Shown here: positions 38,738 through 52,431 of the stretch, one piece after another
Position numbering within the stretch: position 1 is the stretch's first letter
Layout: each line of letters begins with the position of its first letter
Origin: Curvularia clavata
Taxonomy: Eukaryota
Direction of reading: 5' to 3'
Assembly: GCA_023920165.1 (NCBI GenBank)
Contig: CP089274.1
Location: 496,001-560,000, forward strand
DNA length: 64,000 nt
Notes under the pieces: model-generated
What the model saw: only the letters and a program-made list of their open reading frames with translations
What the model was told of the DNA's origin: nothing
The model's database searches: none
Translations under genes and position numbers: made by a program

Positions 38738-40016
38738 ATGGAGAGGGGGTTTCTTCCTCCAGAACAGCCTTTAGAAGGCTTTGACGACCCGTACTACGAG
38801 CCTTGGGAATGGCTTAGTCGCAATCTGGCTGTATCACTTGCGAATAGGACTTTCCGTCAGCATGTCCTCGAGATGCCATACCTAAGCATAGATCGACTCC
38901 AGGAGAGGCGAGAAATGCAGAGAGCCTATACTCTACTTTCTTTCTTCACTCAGGCATGGATATGGCAGCGACCTGGGCCCTGCGAGGTGTGTCTTCCCAT
39001 TTCTCCCGCTACCTTGATTATGAGTCTCACATAGCCTTAGAAGATTCCTCAAATACTCTCTAAACCATACCTGGCCGTATGCGAAGCCCTTGGCATGGTG
39101 CCCACCGCAACCTTTGCTGCGTACTGTCTATGGAATTGGCGTCTCAAAGACGCAAACGCTGCGATGCAACCTGAAAATCTGTCTACAAATGTCAGCTTCA
39201 CGGGACTACCAGATGAATCATGGTTCTTCAGCATATCCACTGCGATCGAGTGGCTCGGCGCTCAACTCATCCACGAGACTATGACGTTCATCGATCGCAT
39301 ACAAAATATATCCCTGACGGAAATCCTCGACTGTAACAGAATCCTTGTTGGTTATATTCGAGCAATACAGACTACGCTGCTTCGAATGCGAGAGGGCTGT
39401 GATCCGGAAACCTTCTACTGGAAAGTGCGACCTTTTCTAGCAGGGAGCGCGAATATGGAGTCCTCAGGACTGCCACAAGGTATTATCTATGAGCAGGAAT
39501 GCAAGGTCCCACATTACCAAACCTTCAGTGGTGGAAGTAACGCTCAAAGTTCTTTGCTACAATACATTGATGCACTAATCGGACGAGAGGACCACAACTC
39601 ACATAGCCGGGAGTTCATGCAGGTAAGTGCAAATGTACATAAAGGGGCTCCCCATCTGACTGCTATCGATGGCTTAGGCGATGTTGAGATACATGCCACC
39701 ACCTCACCGGGAGTTTTTGGACAGGATCAGGTCGGGCCATACTCTATCGGACGCCTGCGACCGGTTAGCTAAGACAAGTCCCATGGACGGTGCAGTCGCC
39801 ACGCAAGCTGTCATAGAGAGCAAGAAAGCGATGCATGAGCTTCGGAATCTTCACCTCAGAATCGTTGTGCAGTACATAATAATTCCACAGAGGCGGGAAA
39901 AGCAATATTCGGGTAAGGAACGGGTCGGGACGACGGCAAAAGGCACGGGTGGGTCTGATCCGATAGCACTTCTTAAAGGCTGTCGTGGATCTGAGGGTCC
40001 TCGGTGGATGGGATGA
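38738..40016 (+). CDS. Indoleamine 2,3-dioxygenase family protein (introns 38987-39040, 39623-39677; start uncertain)
   Basis: GFLP, LWNW, FTGLPDESWFF, CDPETFYWKVRPFLAGS, SGGSNAQSSLLQ, YMPPPHREFL, RNLHLRIVVQYIIIP (proximal His), GTGGSD. Confidence 0.88.
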
Positions 40017-41239
40017 TTATTATCCATGCAATGATTACCATGAAGTAAATATGAAATGATTGTACAGTATGTTTTCGTCCAGGGTACATCACCAGAAGTA
40101 TGGGTAGATAGCAGAATGACCTGGCAATTATCACGGATCCCAAAAGCCTGGGTTTTTCATTCTGACCGCCACTTTCATGGCGAAGTTGTTTTCTTGGGCT
40201 TCGGGTGGTGGTAGGGCAGGGGTGGCTTGCCGGTTTTTCATTGTTTTTTTTTGAGGAAATACTAGAGAGCTGATCGCTACGTACTATGTAGGTGCAGGAG
40301 CTAGAGGTAAAAGCAAGAGAGAAAGGGACATTCATTGGCAATCGTATTACACACTATCGCCACCATAACCTACCCGTGACGGCTATACCAAGATTTTTGC
40401 CGATTGCAGTTGCACACAATCTAGCTCTCAATGATTCGTGGCATGCAGATCGAGCCATCTCGTGAAGGCTGCGGCATTGCCTTGCATTGCATCCATGCTG
40501 GAATGTTGGTCACCCGACATAAGTCAAATACTTGAATTAGTAGTAGCACCCTTGTAGAATTCCAGACGATCATCCGCTGACCTACAGATTGTTGCTTCTG
40601 TACCTACATGGTATGTGATTTGATGCATGCGAGCATACAACAGCACGACATGCGACTTGGCAATCATATTGTGCAGGGCAATTTGCGTCACCTGCTGCCG
40701 AGAACATGTCTTTGGTAGAATTCGGCCGTAATTGAACTCTAGATCTATGACATGGTGATCCTATCGTCCGATCATGGGCGTGCGGCTATTTTTGTTAGCC
40801 AGTTATTCACTCCAAAATGGGTCCCCAATGACTAGTGTATGATACAACTGTCAGGATAAGTTTGCAATGATGTAATCAGTCGGCCAGCAATCGCATTTCC
40901 AAGTGACTTACAAGAAGGGAGGTTCTAGTTGAGCACATCGCAGCATCTCGTGGCCGAATCACAAACCTGGATTCTCGGACAAAGCACACCAGGTGACGAC
41001 TCTAACAGGGTATAGGCACTTTGAGAAGACAGCGACAAGCTGCAGGACATCTTTGCCTCTAGAGAGACGATGATGCGAAGTGCCGCTAGGGGTGGATTGA
41101 CATTGAGGCATCACACATGATGTAACCAACCCTGCAGCAGTGTCCACAGCTATTTGGTATAAGTACTCTTACAATTATTGACCGTTGCTGCTGCAGTAAG
41201 TCAGCAAAGCTTGCGACAAATTAGCATCGAATTTCCATT

Positions 41240-42882
41240 ATGATCGTGAACACTCCAGTGAAAAGGGTTGTGGGATATTATCCCAGCTGGGTGAGATCTT
41301 TGCCATTGTAATTGGCACTAGATTACCTCTAACTTTACTCTAAGGCATCATACTCAGAGCAGGGTTATACTCCCGCTGATGTTCCAGCTCACAACCTGAC
41401 TCATCTCATTTACGGTTTTGCTCTCATTAGGGAGAGCGGTCAATGGTAAGCTGTTCATAGACCATGGATATGAGAAGTAACTGACTTTAACAGCGATCAT
41501 TATGACAAATATGGTGATGTCGAGACAGTTTTTGGAGACGACGATGCCGCGCAACCAGGCAACAACGTGTTTGGAAATGTCAACCAAATTCTCAAGCTGA
41601 AGGGCCGCCATCGCCATCTGAAGACAATCATCTCCATTGGAGGCTGGCGCCTGTCTGAAACCTGGTCGGCAGCAGTATCAACTCCTGAGCGCCGTTCCAA
41701 ATTCGTAGACACATGCATGCATTGCATGTACAACTTTGGTTGGGATGGTGAGCATCCGGAAGACGGCATCTGTTCCTGTTTGATAGCTGCTGACATCAAC
41801 CAGGAATCGATCTAGCATGGATCTTCCCGAAGAGTAAGTTCTCATACATCTTGTTGTCTATATAGTTATCTGCCTGACCTTGATTGCGTCATCTAGGTGC
41901 CGACGATGCAAACAACTACGTGGAGCTAGTCAAGTCTTTTCGAGAGGTGAGAAGTGCAAAAGGTGTTTGAACAGCTTCAGATCCTGATTACGTAGGCCAT
42001 TGATGATTATGCCACTCGAGCCAATACCAACAAGGTCACCTTGTCAGTTGTGGCGCCCATTCGTAAGTCATCGGGCACAAGTATGAGGCAAATAACTGAT
42101 AAAAAATAGATGCAAGTGATTTCAACAACATGAAAGTGAAAGAGATGGACCCCTATGTCGACTTTTGGAACATGATGGCGTAAGCAGAGTGCTCATGCTA
42201 TAGTCTATTTTGGATCACCTAACGTTTGCAGCTACGGTTTCAATGGTGATACGCCGAAGATGAGCGATGCCAACCATGCAGTGCATTCGGCGCCCTGGAC
42301 CATTTCATCCACCCGCCCATCTTCAACACCATTCGCCGTCCAGTCCGCTCTCGAGCTCTACCTCGCGTCCGGTGTGATCAAAACCCATAAGATCAACCTT
42401 GGAATAAGCCTCTACGGCCGAGCTTTCTACAACAACATTGGCCCTGGCCATTCATTTGGCATTCTTGAGAATGACTGGTTGCCGCATTTGTATCCGAAAA
42501 AGGCACTGCCACTGCCTGGCGCTCAGGAGTACTGGGACTCTGACGCTCATGCTTCGTACTCGTACGACAGCGTCAAGCGAATGATGGTCTCTTACGAAAA
42601 TCGCAAATCACTAAGGTACAAGATTGAGCAGGCCATACAGAGCCACCATATGGGAGGGCTTGCGTTCTGGGATGTCACTGCAGACGGTATAGGAGAATCA
42701 AGTCTATTAGCTTACGTAAGTTTGTCACTATCACATCAGGATATAGCTACTTTGAGGATGCTGACCCGTTTCGAAAGGCAACCGAGCTTTTGGGTGGACC
42801 TAATCAGGCTGGCATGGACATGGCCTTCAACACCGTTCATTACCCCCTCTCGGACAAAGATAACGTCAACCAGCGTGTTTAG
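41240..42882 (+). CDS. GH18 chitinase-like protein, 9 exons, no signal peptide, catalytic motif mutated
   Basis: VVGYYPSW, NLTHLIYGFA, NVFGNVNQ, LKTIISIGGW, DFWNMMAY, KINLGISLYGR, ASYSYD...MVSYE, MGGLAFWD. Eight GT-AG introns splice in frame. Confidence 0.85.
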
Positions 42883-43974
42883 AGGCAATGGGATGTCGGT
42901 GGTCATGAAATTGAATGTTCTTCTGGGCGTAGTCCCATCCTCTGTATAGCTAATTGGAATGAAATTTTGCAACGAAAGATATCTCATAGAAATTCAGTGT
43001 CCATTTCTGGATTATTTGGTTGATTAAGAGGAGGGGATTTGTAATCATGATGAACATCATTCCAGTTTGCCGAAACTAGGCTCGAGCTAGATACAGCATT
43101 GGTAGTGGAGCCGGACCGAACGACTTCACGCCCCCGGATAGGCACTACAAGACTGAAGCGCACCGTCCAGATTATCACGGGCAAGTCGACGCTGATTTAT
43201 GTTTATAGTGACGTGTGGAAGAACTTTCCAGTCGAATATAGACGAGCAAATTGCTTGTTTGGGGAGTAAAAGTGCTGACAGGCTGCGTCTTCATGGAAGA
43301 GTACTGGAGTGCCAACTCGGCAGCGCCCTCGGCTTCCAGGACCGAAGGTCCGCCACAAACGTTTCGAGAAGGGTGACCAGAGGGCCATCGCAAGAGCTCT
43401 AGATTGAGAGCGATCGAATTTCTCAAAAAGTTCCAGTGAGAAATTCAGATCTCCTGCATAGCCCTCAAAGCGCTATCCTCATCACCAGCAAAGCTAGCTT
43501 CATCGTTCTCTTTCTTTCGCGGTATGTCGTCGGGGTGAGGGTTTCCCTCATGATGATCATCGCTACGTGCTCGGCTCCAGAATACCATGAAAGCAAGGAA
43601 TCCAAGGAGTACAGCGATAATGGTAGGTGCTGCAGGGTGACGCATCTTCGATCTTTGTTAGGCGTTGATGCTGAGGATCCCAAATTGTTGATTAGATCTT
43701 GTGCTGGTCTTTTTTTTGCTATCTCTTCAATGTGATATCCACTTGGATCATGAGTTTCAATGTGCGCTTGTATACGTAGTGGATTTTTTATAAGGCGTGT
43801 TATTATGGAAAGAAATCTTGAAGGATTCGGGGTTTTGCATGTTACACAGAGATCTTCCACGGTTCAAGAACGGCAGCCCCTGCCGAGGGTTTTGCTGACA
43901 TAACACGCACTAGCATGTGTAAGGAATGGCGCGTCAACTGAAGTGGAACCAGGGCCCGACTGCAGGCTACGTGA

Positions 43975-43980
43975 ACGCGT
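43975..43980. promoter_or_regulatory. Possible MCB element (ACGCGT) upstream of the gamma-tubulin complex gene
   Basis: Exact ACGCGT ~72 nt before ATG 44052. It is a single hexamer and could be chance. Confidence 0.3.
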
Positions 43981-44051
43981 ACAAGCTTTACGCAGACTGA
44001 TCGCAGCCTTCTTTTGGACATGTGATCGATTGACATGGGCATCGCAAAACA

Positions 44052-46601
44052 ATGGCGCAGAATGCAAGGGTGTCTGGTCTCACAGACGAGCTGATCCGGT
44101 CCCTCCTAAATTTTGATCCAGCGAAAAACAAACAAGCCTACAAACACGCCAAAGAGATCGCATCGCGTAACCTTCGAGGTCAATATGCGCGTACAAATCA
44201 GTTCGAGGTAACAGCCAGCTTTGCAGGGCTTGACGAGAAGTTCCGAATTAAAAATCGCGATGACCTAGCCGATGCGCTGCAAGCACGGCTAAAGAAGCTT
44301 GAAGGCTATACGAACAAATACAAGCCCGAAATCTTATCCTTGCTACTTCAGCTAGCCGATCGGCCTCTTGAGAATACTCAGATTGAAGCACTGGATCTGC
44401 TCAAACCACCAAGCCCTGCTCCGCCATTGACATGGGCAGAGATATTGCAGGACGACCCGTATAGCGATGAAGAGATCTGGAAAGACATTGACTATGCTGA
44501 TGACTCTTCTGATGACGAAAAGCCGCTGAGAAAGCCCAAAAGGCGCCCTAGTTCTCCCCCGACGAGTTTTGATGAGGATGACACTTACGATCCGGAGTCT
44601 TGTGTCGTGTCTACAGACCAGAATCTCGTAACAAAACTAGGAGAAACACAGTTCTGGAACCGCACAGCACACAAGGGTGCTTCTGATGTGTGTATCACAG
44701 AGTTACAAGCAGTGAAGGAAACCCTGTTCATGGTCCAGGGACTGAAGACAAGTTCGTATGAAATCGACAAGCAAAAGCGCTGTTACCGCCATGATAGCAG
44801 ATACGTCCTTGAGCATATCCGAGCCGCCCCCATCGAACATTTGCTCTCTCAGTTTGCAGAAATCGGCTCACGGGTGCAACGAATGCGACAATGGGTACTG
44901 CGGCAGCGATCTGGGAAACGCCCCTCACCGCCTCTGTTTCAGACATTCGAGGCCGCTGTGCGAAAGCGACTACTGCAATTCGACCAGTCGTTGGCAAATT
45001 TGCAACAGCAGTATCTTCTGCCAGACGCCCCGATCCCGGTCAGCTTGCTTCAATTGCACAAGGACATCCGAAATCTATCCATTCCCATTCTCCGTCTAGC
45101 TCCAGTTGTAAGTCAGGTCGACCGGGACCAGTCGACTCTAAGTGACAAACCTCTGGCGTACATAAACCCATTTCGCCACCTGGAAGCACTGTTCGAAGCG
45201 ACCACCTTAGCGCAAATGGCACTAGAGGACGAAGTCTTCAAGTATATGTCAGACGTCTTCTTCGAGTGCTTGCAGACCTATCTCAAACCCATACGGCGAT
45301 GGATGGAAACCGGTGAACTGGGGTCCGATCAGGAAGCATTTTTCGTCACGGCAAAAGATGCAAAAAGCGAGGCCGCATCATTATGGCACGACCGCTACGA
45401 GCTGCGTCGTGACAGCCAGAACAAGCTGCAATTTCCCTCGTTCCTGCAGCCAGCAGTAAGCAAGGTCTTCAACACCGGAAAGAGCATCGTCTTTCTGAAG
45501 GAGCTGGGAATCTATGACACTGTGTTACATTCTTCAGTTAGCGAGCCGAATTTGGATCACGAAATGGTTTGTGGCGAGTCAGAAAACGCACCGCTTTCGC
45601 CCTTTCCTGAGCTGTTCCGGATGGCATTTGACTCGTGGATTCGCAGCAAATACTCAATTGCTGCGACTGTACTTCGTCAGCACATATTTGAGACAGATGA
45701 TCTTATACACGTACTCGGTATCTTCGAGACACTTTATCTAGGACGAAACGGAGCCGTCTTTGAAGATTACGCGACAGCAATATTCGAGCGTATGGACGCC
45801 GGCAGAAGAGGATGGAATGATCGTTACGTGCTCACAGAAGTCACAAGAGGTATATTCAATACCGTTCTAGCGACACCCGAAACAGACAAAATCGTCGTGC
45901 GCTCTACCAAAGCCAAGGAGGGCCAGGGGAAATCTGTCAAGGACCTAGCCATCATCTCTTTAGACTACGCAGTAAGTTACCATCCTTGACCCGAATCTGA
46001 TGTGACTATGCTTAGCATAATTTTAAAGGTTCCTTGGTCTCTTCAAAACATCATCCAGCGTACCTCGATACCTATCTACCAATCCCTCTCCACGCTCCTC
46101 GTGCAAATCTACCGCGTAAAATATCTTCTGCAAAAAACCCGCCTGCACGCTGCTCGGAAGCCAAAACTACCACCTCTCTTCTACAAACTCCTCCATAGCC
46201 TGAATTGGTTCATCGATACCCTTCGCTCCTATGTCACTGAAACCGCTATCCATCTTACAACGCGCAATATGGTGTCGTCAATGCAGAAAGCGAGAGACAT
46301 TGACGAGATGGCGCAGATTCATGTCGAATACATGGCAAAATTGCAGCAAAGAGCGTTGCTTTCGAAGGAAGTTAAACCAATTTATGCATCGGTGATCGAA
46401 GTGTTGGACTTGGGTGTGCTACTTGCACGAAAGGAGGTCAAGGAGCAAGCACATGTAGACGCGGAATTCAAACGATTGCTTCCGTTTATAACAGCGGGGC
46501 TGAAAAGTGTGGGAAGAGCAGGGGCAGAGCCTATGTGGGAGCAATTAGCGGACCGTTTGACATGGGACGGAAAGAAGGACCGGATCGGGCAAGGAGTGTA
46601 G
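44052..46601 (+). CDS. Gamma-tubulin complex component (Spc97/Spc98 family, GCP5-like); intron 45972-46028
   Basis: ARTNQFEV...GLDEKFRI.NRDDLADAL, ITELQAVKETLFMVQG, YLKPIRRWME.G, FNTGKSIVFLKELG, WNDRYVLTE, VPWSLQNII. Confidence 0.85.
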
Positions 46602-46909
46602 GCTAGTAAAATGACATGCGAGCTTTGAGTTTGATTTCTTAGCTGATACATTGTTTATGTGCCTATTGGTATATATGCTATCAAGTGACAGTGGCCACTA
46701 TCTAAGAGTGGACTACCGAGTGGGACCAAAGAAAAAAAAGGCAAAAAGCGATTGAACCTGGGGCGCCACTTAACTCCGCTTCTCAATGCATAAACGGATA
46801 TCCGTCCTACATGGTGTAGTAGATAACTCTCATATCTATACACAGCAATTACAATAGAAACTCGCAGAGCCCGTTGCTGTAGATGAACGAACAGTACTGG
46901 GACTTGGTC

Positions 46910-48173
46910 TCAGTCCATACCAACGTACTTGAACCACAGCGGGCGGCAGTCCTCACGATTCAGCCACTTCTCGCCATCCGTGAAACGACCCGTGACGCAG
47001 CCTGAGCATTTTGGATTATTCGGACAATTGAAAAAGGGAATGTGTTGGTATCCAATGTCGCGGAACCAATGAATCTTGTTCTTGTCCTCGAATAGGCCGA
47101 GCGCCACACTGTGGACCGGTGCATCGCCCCAGCGCTCGTAAAAGAAGCCACCAGCACGGTCGAGGTGGTTGAAGTAGTCGCGGTACTTTTTGCTGCGCCA
47201 GAAGCTCAGATCGCCAATCTCAAAGTTGGACCAGAAATGGCAGGTCGAGTAGCCGTGAGCTTTTTTGTGGTTCTCCGGTCGGCGTTTGCCATCTTCAAGC
47301 CATTCGCGCGCGTTATTCGGGTGGACATAGTCAGGGTGATCCTGAATGAATTTTCGGGTTTCTGGCCAGAGAGTGGCGACGCTGTCGGGACTGTCGTAGA
47401 TGTTGATGTTGAAGCCGTAGGTTTTGTTGTGGTCTTGCATCCACGCAAAAACATCGTAGTCCACGTCGCAGAAGAAGTGAACATTGGGCTCCACTCTCCA
47501 GTAATACTGCATGTCCTTCAGAGCAGGATGCTCACTGAACATGCCGCTGTTCCACCGACACATTTGATGGTACGATTTTTTGCCCATATATTGTACGTCC
47601 AGCGATTCGAGTAATGACACGGACTCCTGGTACAGATCCATGTTGATCCACGATGGTACGTCCCAGTGTTCGGCGGGCACCAGCTCGTATCGTACTTGGG
47701 CCTTCGTAGCTGCCCGCGTAGCCTTCTTGAACTCTTCCGTGAAAGGCTTATCGTTAAAGAAGGTCCATGGGTAGTTGAACTTGTGATTCCACGTGCGCTC
47801 TAGATCTCGCATGCTCTGAAGCATATCCTCAAGTTCTTCATTGCGTACCAGGCTGAGAATCGTAGCATTGATGCGCGCGCTCTTGGGGTTATCGGGGGCA
47901 TAGTTATCGCCTTCAACTCGTCGCAACGGCTCGGGAGGCTCGCCAGACGCTGCGGAAAGCATTTAGTACTTCATCATTGCAACCATACTGGAGACGATCT
48001 CTCTTACGGTCTAATTGAGGGTCATGGTCCCAGTCTCCCGCTTGATTCGTCGGAAGCTTGCTCGGAACCTGTATTGGCGTCTCGGAACCGGGCCTGAGAA
48101 TCTGCACAAACAGATATAAGAAGACGCAAATGGTGGCGCCAGCCAAGTAGCGCATGCTCTTGGGAAGCGCCAT
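46910..48173 (-). CDS. GT15 alpha-1,2-mannosyltransferase (KRE2/KTR family); intron 47950-48007
   Basis: Type II TM anchor; NATILSLVRNEEL, FNYPWTFFND, SYHQMCRWNSG, YYWRVEP, CHFWSNFEI, GGFFYERWGDAPVHS. Confidence 0.95.
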
Positions 48174-48425
48174 CTTGATCAGCGGTTGCAGTGGCCGTGG
48201 GGTTGGGACAAGAGTCCCGCCTCGAAAAGTCGTTGCGACGTTGGACACCGCGTTCCGCCGCAGTGACGCGGTCAGCAAGGGCGCTAGTCCATGATGGGAA
48301 ACGTCGCAAACGTGGGTGGAGATAAGTGATTCCTAGGCACTAGCTCAGGGCAGGTGAAGAATAGCATGGAATTGTAAAGCTGCCATCACAGTGGCGTGTG
48401 ATCCAACTATGCCAGCAACTAACAC

Positions 48426-51400
48426 TTAATGAATTCTCACAGAAATCCCAGTCGGCGAGATGCATTTTCCAGGAAGATGACCAGCCCCCACACGCTCATA
48501 TACTGTTTCACCCGCGCGACCACCATGCCCTGCTATTGCAATAATCAAAACATAGTGCCTCTTCATCTCTGATGAAAGGGTACCTCTGGCCTTTCCTAGT
48601 ACTACGCAAAGCGTTTTCGGCATCGAAGATCTGTTTGGCGTATCGAATATCAGTTCGCCCTCGCCCAATACTGCAGCACCCAGATCGTATTGTCTTGCTG
48701 TAGCAATCAACGCCACGTTGACAGTGCTAAAATCAGTGTTGGATATGTTTTGAGGAGAGTTCGGTGACCATGGCGATTGCAAGTCTTCCCACTCAAAGCT
48801 TCCGAATTCGGGTTGTAGATAGTCTATGCCGCCAGTATAGGCCATCCAAGACCACGAGGGCACAGTCGACACAACGCTTTCTGTGGGAAAATGAATTCTT
48901 GTTAGACGCCCAGTATCAGCGCCACGCCGCCAGAGGAGGCTTCTTCGGAGCAAGCCGCGCGTCACTCCTTCATCGAAGACCCCAAAACCACCGTTGACAC
49001 GCATGGTACGGAGCAGGCGCTGTTGCAGACCGTCTATGGCTGCAGGCCTATCGTATGGTTTTGAGAGCCCAAGGCGAGAATATTTTCGATATAATTCTTG
49101 GTAGCGCAGTATCCTTTCTCCTTGGCTGGCATTGGACAGAATGTGTGGGAATTCTGGGTCACCTAAGAATGCCGCAAGTTTACTGTGGTCCAGGGTCAGT
49201 CAATGAAAGCTCAATATGTGTAGTATGTACTTACTTGGTCAGCAATGTTGAAGTTTCACAGTGTACACCCTCACCGCATTCAAAATATGTCTGATTTTCG
49301 GTGAAGAAGAGTGTTCTACGAGCCAGAGCGTGCTCCTGTAGCACCCATCCGCGAGCGTGTAGATCTCCGTCAAGTACTTGACTCTTGAAATCATCGATGT
49401 TCTGGCACACGTAGAACGGCTCCTGGTCTTTGTCCTCACGGCACAAGCCAACATGCTTTCTGCGGTAGCGTGGTTTCAAAAACCCAGAATAATGATCAGT
49501 GGCACAACTTGCTGCAATCACACAGTAAGCGCCGCTATATACCTCCTCCATTCGCTTGGCCTCGGTCATGAAATCACTCTCTGGCCCTTGTATTATGCAT
49601 AGGGAATCGATCCAAAGATATCGTCGCCCCAACGCACGCGTGACTGTTATGGCATCTCTGAACGTAGCTGGAAGAGAGCTCAAATCTATGCCGCTGATGT
49701 GTGCTTGGAGCGTTTCAAGCGTAGTAGAGAAATGCTTTGAGCCCCATTGGTGAGAAAGAGCCACCCACTCGCCTGTATCTTCAGCTCCAGTTGCCCAAAG
49801 ACGGATCACGTCGTCCTCTTTTACTCCTAGGTCGAGTAGTCTGGTTGGTAATCTTGGTTTCGAATACCTTTTTGTATGATGAAGTGGCGCGCATTTGTGA
49901 TTTTGATCGCAGTTGGTTAGCCAGTGCTTGAAAACCTCACCATGAACAGTGCTCCCAGCGTTTGGAAGGATAACAAAGCCAAGCTGTACGTCTGTAGTAG
50001 GGGCGAACTGTTGCTCAAGATCCCGTACTACAGAAAGAACAGGATGGCCGCTTCCTCCGATTCTTAGGAACGGGCCGTTCCGATCGAACGTGATGGTTGG
50101 AGATGTCGCGCCTCCGTGCCGGACCACAGCGTCCCACAACAGACTGCACAGGTCGCATGCATTGGCGAGCTCGCTCGTCTCTAATTCTTGAACATCGTAC
50201 GATACAGAGAACCCAGGGATCAGGATTTGGTCTTGAAATTCGACACAACGAGCGCAAAGTCGGGATGTAGCTTCATGATTAGTGGATCCAAGCATGTTCA
50301 TATTTTTGAGCGATGCAGCTAAGCTTAGTGCAAGACTGTTACCAGACTGATATCTCCAGTCATTCTCATCAAGCTCTGGAGAGGCATAATTGACCTTGGA
50401 TATATTACGTTAATTGTGTTAAGACCAGCTTGCTAGGTTGTGACGATGCTTACCCTTGGTTGATTTGGAGCAGCAAGACTGTGGCTATCTGGTTCTGAAG
50501 CCCTTGGATATGCGCTAGAGTTACGCTCAATAAGTCCGTGATCCGTGGTAGGAGGTACAGATGCGGAGTATGACAGAGAAGATCTTTTCGACATTGAAAG
50601 GTGTGATTCTTGCAAACACCAATAGCTCTCGTCTTCGTCCTCTGCATCGATCTCCTCAAGCCGTTGACAGAAACCGTCTGAAAGAAGTCGAAAGGGTCCT
50701 CCGGCCGCAGCTTGGAACTGTACAGGGGCTTCGGAATGCTCTGGTTCCGCTGGGCTGAAAATGAAAGAGGGGAGGTCTGCTGCTGGTTTCGTTACATCTG
50801 CTATGGCACCTCCTTCGCCAATCGGTCCCCTAGAAATGATATTGGTGTCTTCGTTCGGTATGATCAATGCAGAATCTGTGCGATTTCTCTGAGGTAGACT
50901 AAGCATCGTCTGTCCGAGTCGTGGCGGAAGTTTCACAACCAGCAAACCTGTTCTCACAATCTCTAGGATATTACCCACAGCTGTGGTGCCAACTCTGCAC
51001 CGAGGGTCATCTGCCATTCGTTCCATCCAAGATGTTACGACATGGTGTACCTTGGCTTCGTTTTTTCCATTTTTGTTAATGATCTCGTAAAAGCTGTCAT
51101 GCCCCAATTCGTTGTGAAATGTCATCACTTTGCTCTCGCCATACAGGAGCCAAATGAGAAGCTCTAGGGTGATGCAGCCCATAGCCCATATATCATATAA
51201 GCGTGAGCGTCGTTTGGTTATGGTGCCCAAGGTCGCGGATTCAACACCTGTCACTACCTCTGGAGCTTCGTAGCGTAGGGTACCATACTTTGCAGCAGTC
51301 TTACTAGGACGCATCTCCGTAGCTTTAGTATGTCCACGAGCCTCACCCCAGTCGCCGATCTTGAACGTGCCTATTGATCCCTCGCTACCGAAAATCAGAA

Positions 51401-52431
51401 TATTTTCTGGCTTTATATCGCCGTGTCGATATGAAGATCCAGTCGTGTTCAAGTTATGAGCAGCTTCTAGTGCTTTGGCAAGTCCCAGGATCTGTTTGAT
51501 GATGGCTTTGATGAGCGGTGCTGTCAGAATAGGAGTTGGCATCCGTTTCCAGAGATCACAGAGATTCCCGCCGTCTGCCCATTCAAACATCAGATAATGT
51601 TCCTCTCTACAATGCTCCATTCGACGCCTGAAAGCTGTGATAAACCGAACAATATGCTTCTGGTTCAGTTGATTCATTGTCCTGAGGGCCCTGGCCTCGT
51701 TTTCCCAGTGTGTTGCCACTTCTTGCGCGTCTTCTGTAGCCTGGATCTCTTTGACGGCTAGTGTCGTATTTTCCGAACTCACCTATACCACGTTAACATT
51801 GCCTCCGCCGCGATTTGATTCTAGCTCAACCACGTACTGGGAGTAGATGATTTCCGTGAACAAAATACTGTGAAACTACGCCAAAGGAACCTCTCCCTGA
51901 TTCTGAATTTTTGGACACGAAAGGCAAAATATGTGATGCCTCTAGATCGTGATTGGGAGCGTCAGTCGAAAAGATTGGAGCAACGAAGCGCCACTGGTTA
52001 TGGAAGAATTCTGATGCAAAGACTTTCGATCCTAACACCCCCTCATCCTTGATAGGGAGTTTACTGTCATCAATTTTCTTTTTCTTCAGCGACCTCATAA
52101 CTGTCATGATATCTTTTGACCAGGTCAATACTGCGATAGCGAAGGTCTTCTTAGCGCGTGATTTGATGAATTCCACAATCTCGTCCGCCTTTTTTGAGGG
52201 CTGATTTATCTCCAAACAACTTCTGATCACGTCTTCCGTCATCATGTTTTCAATGACGCCTTCAGGGACGAATCTATGGGGAGTTTTATCGAAGGCGCTC
52301 AACGTAGAGTTCGCTAGGATCAATGATCTGAGTTGTGATCGAGGATCAGTTTCTTCCTCTTCTTCGTCGTCTTCTTCTGAAGACGAATCATCCGTAGTTT
52401 CGTTTCTGCAAACTACAGAGTCGTCGGCCAT
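48426..52431 (-). CDS. Protein kinase-HET domain fusion, ~1279 aa (introns 51783-51837, 50395-50453, 49183-49234)
   Basis: Kinase: GRGSFGVV, LAVKEI, HGDIKPEN, KIGDWG, YEAPE, DIWAMG. HET: CDLC, LPTRLLD, WVALSHQWG, YLWIDSLCIIQG, MEEVYSGA, RGWVLQE, VPSWSWMAY. All three introns splice in frame. Confidence 0.88.

Noticed and set aside
43175..43860. Cluster of short minus-strand ORFs, including a 66-aa peptide with a TM-like stretch (43445-43645)
   Set aside because: No recognisable motif or consistent splice model, so it cannot be supported as a gene.
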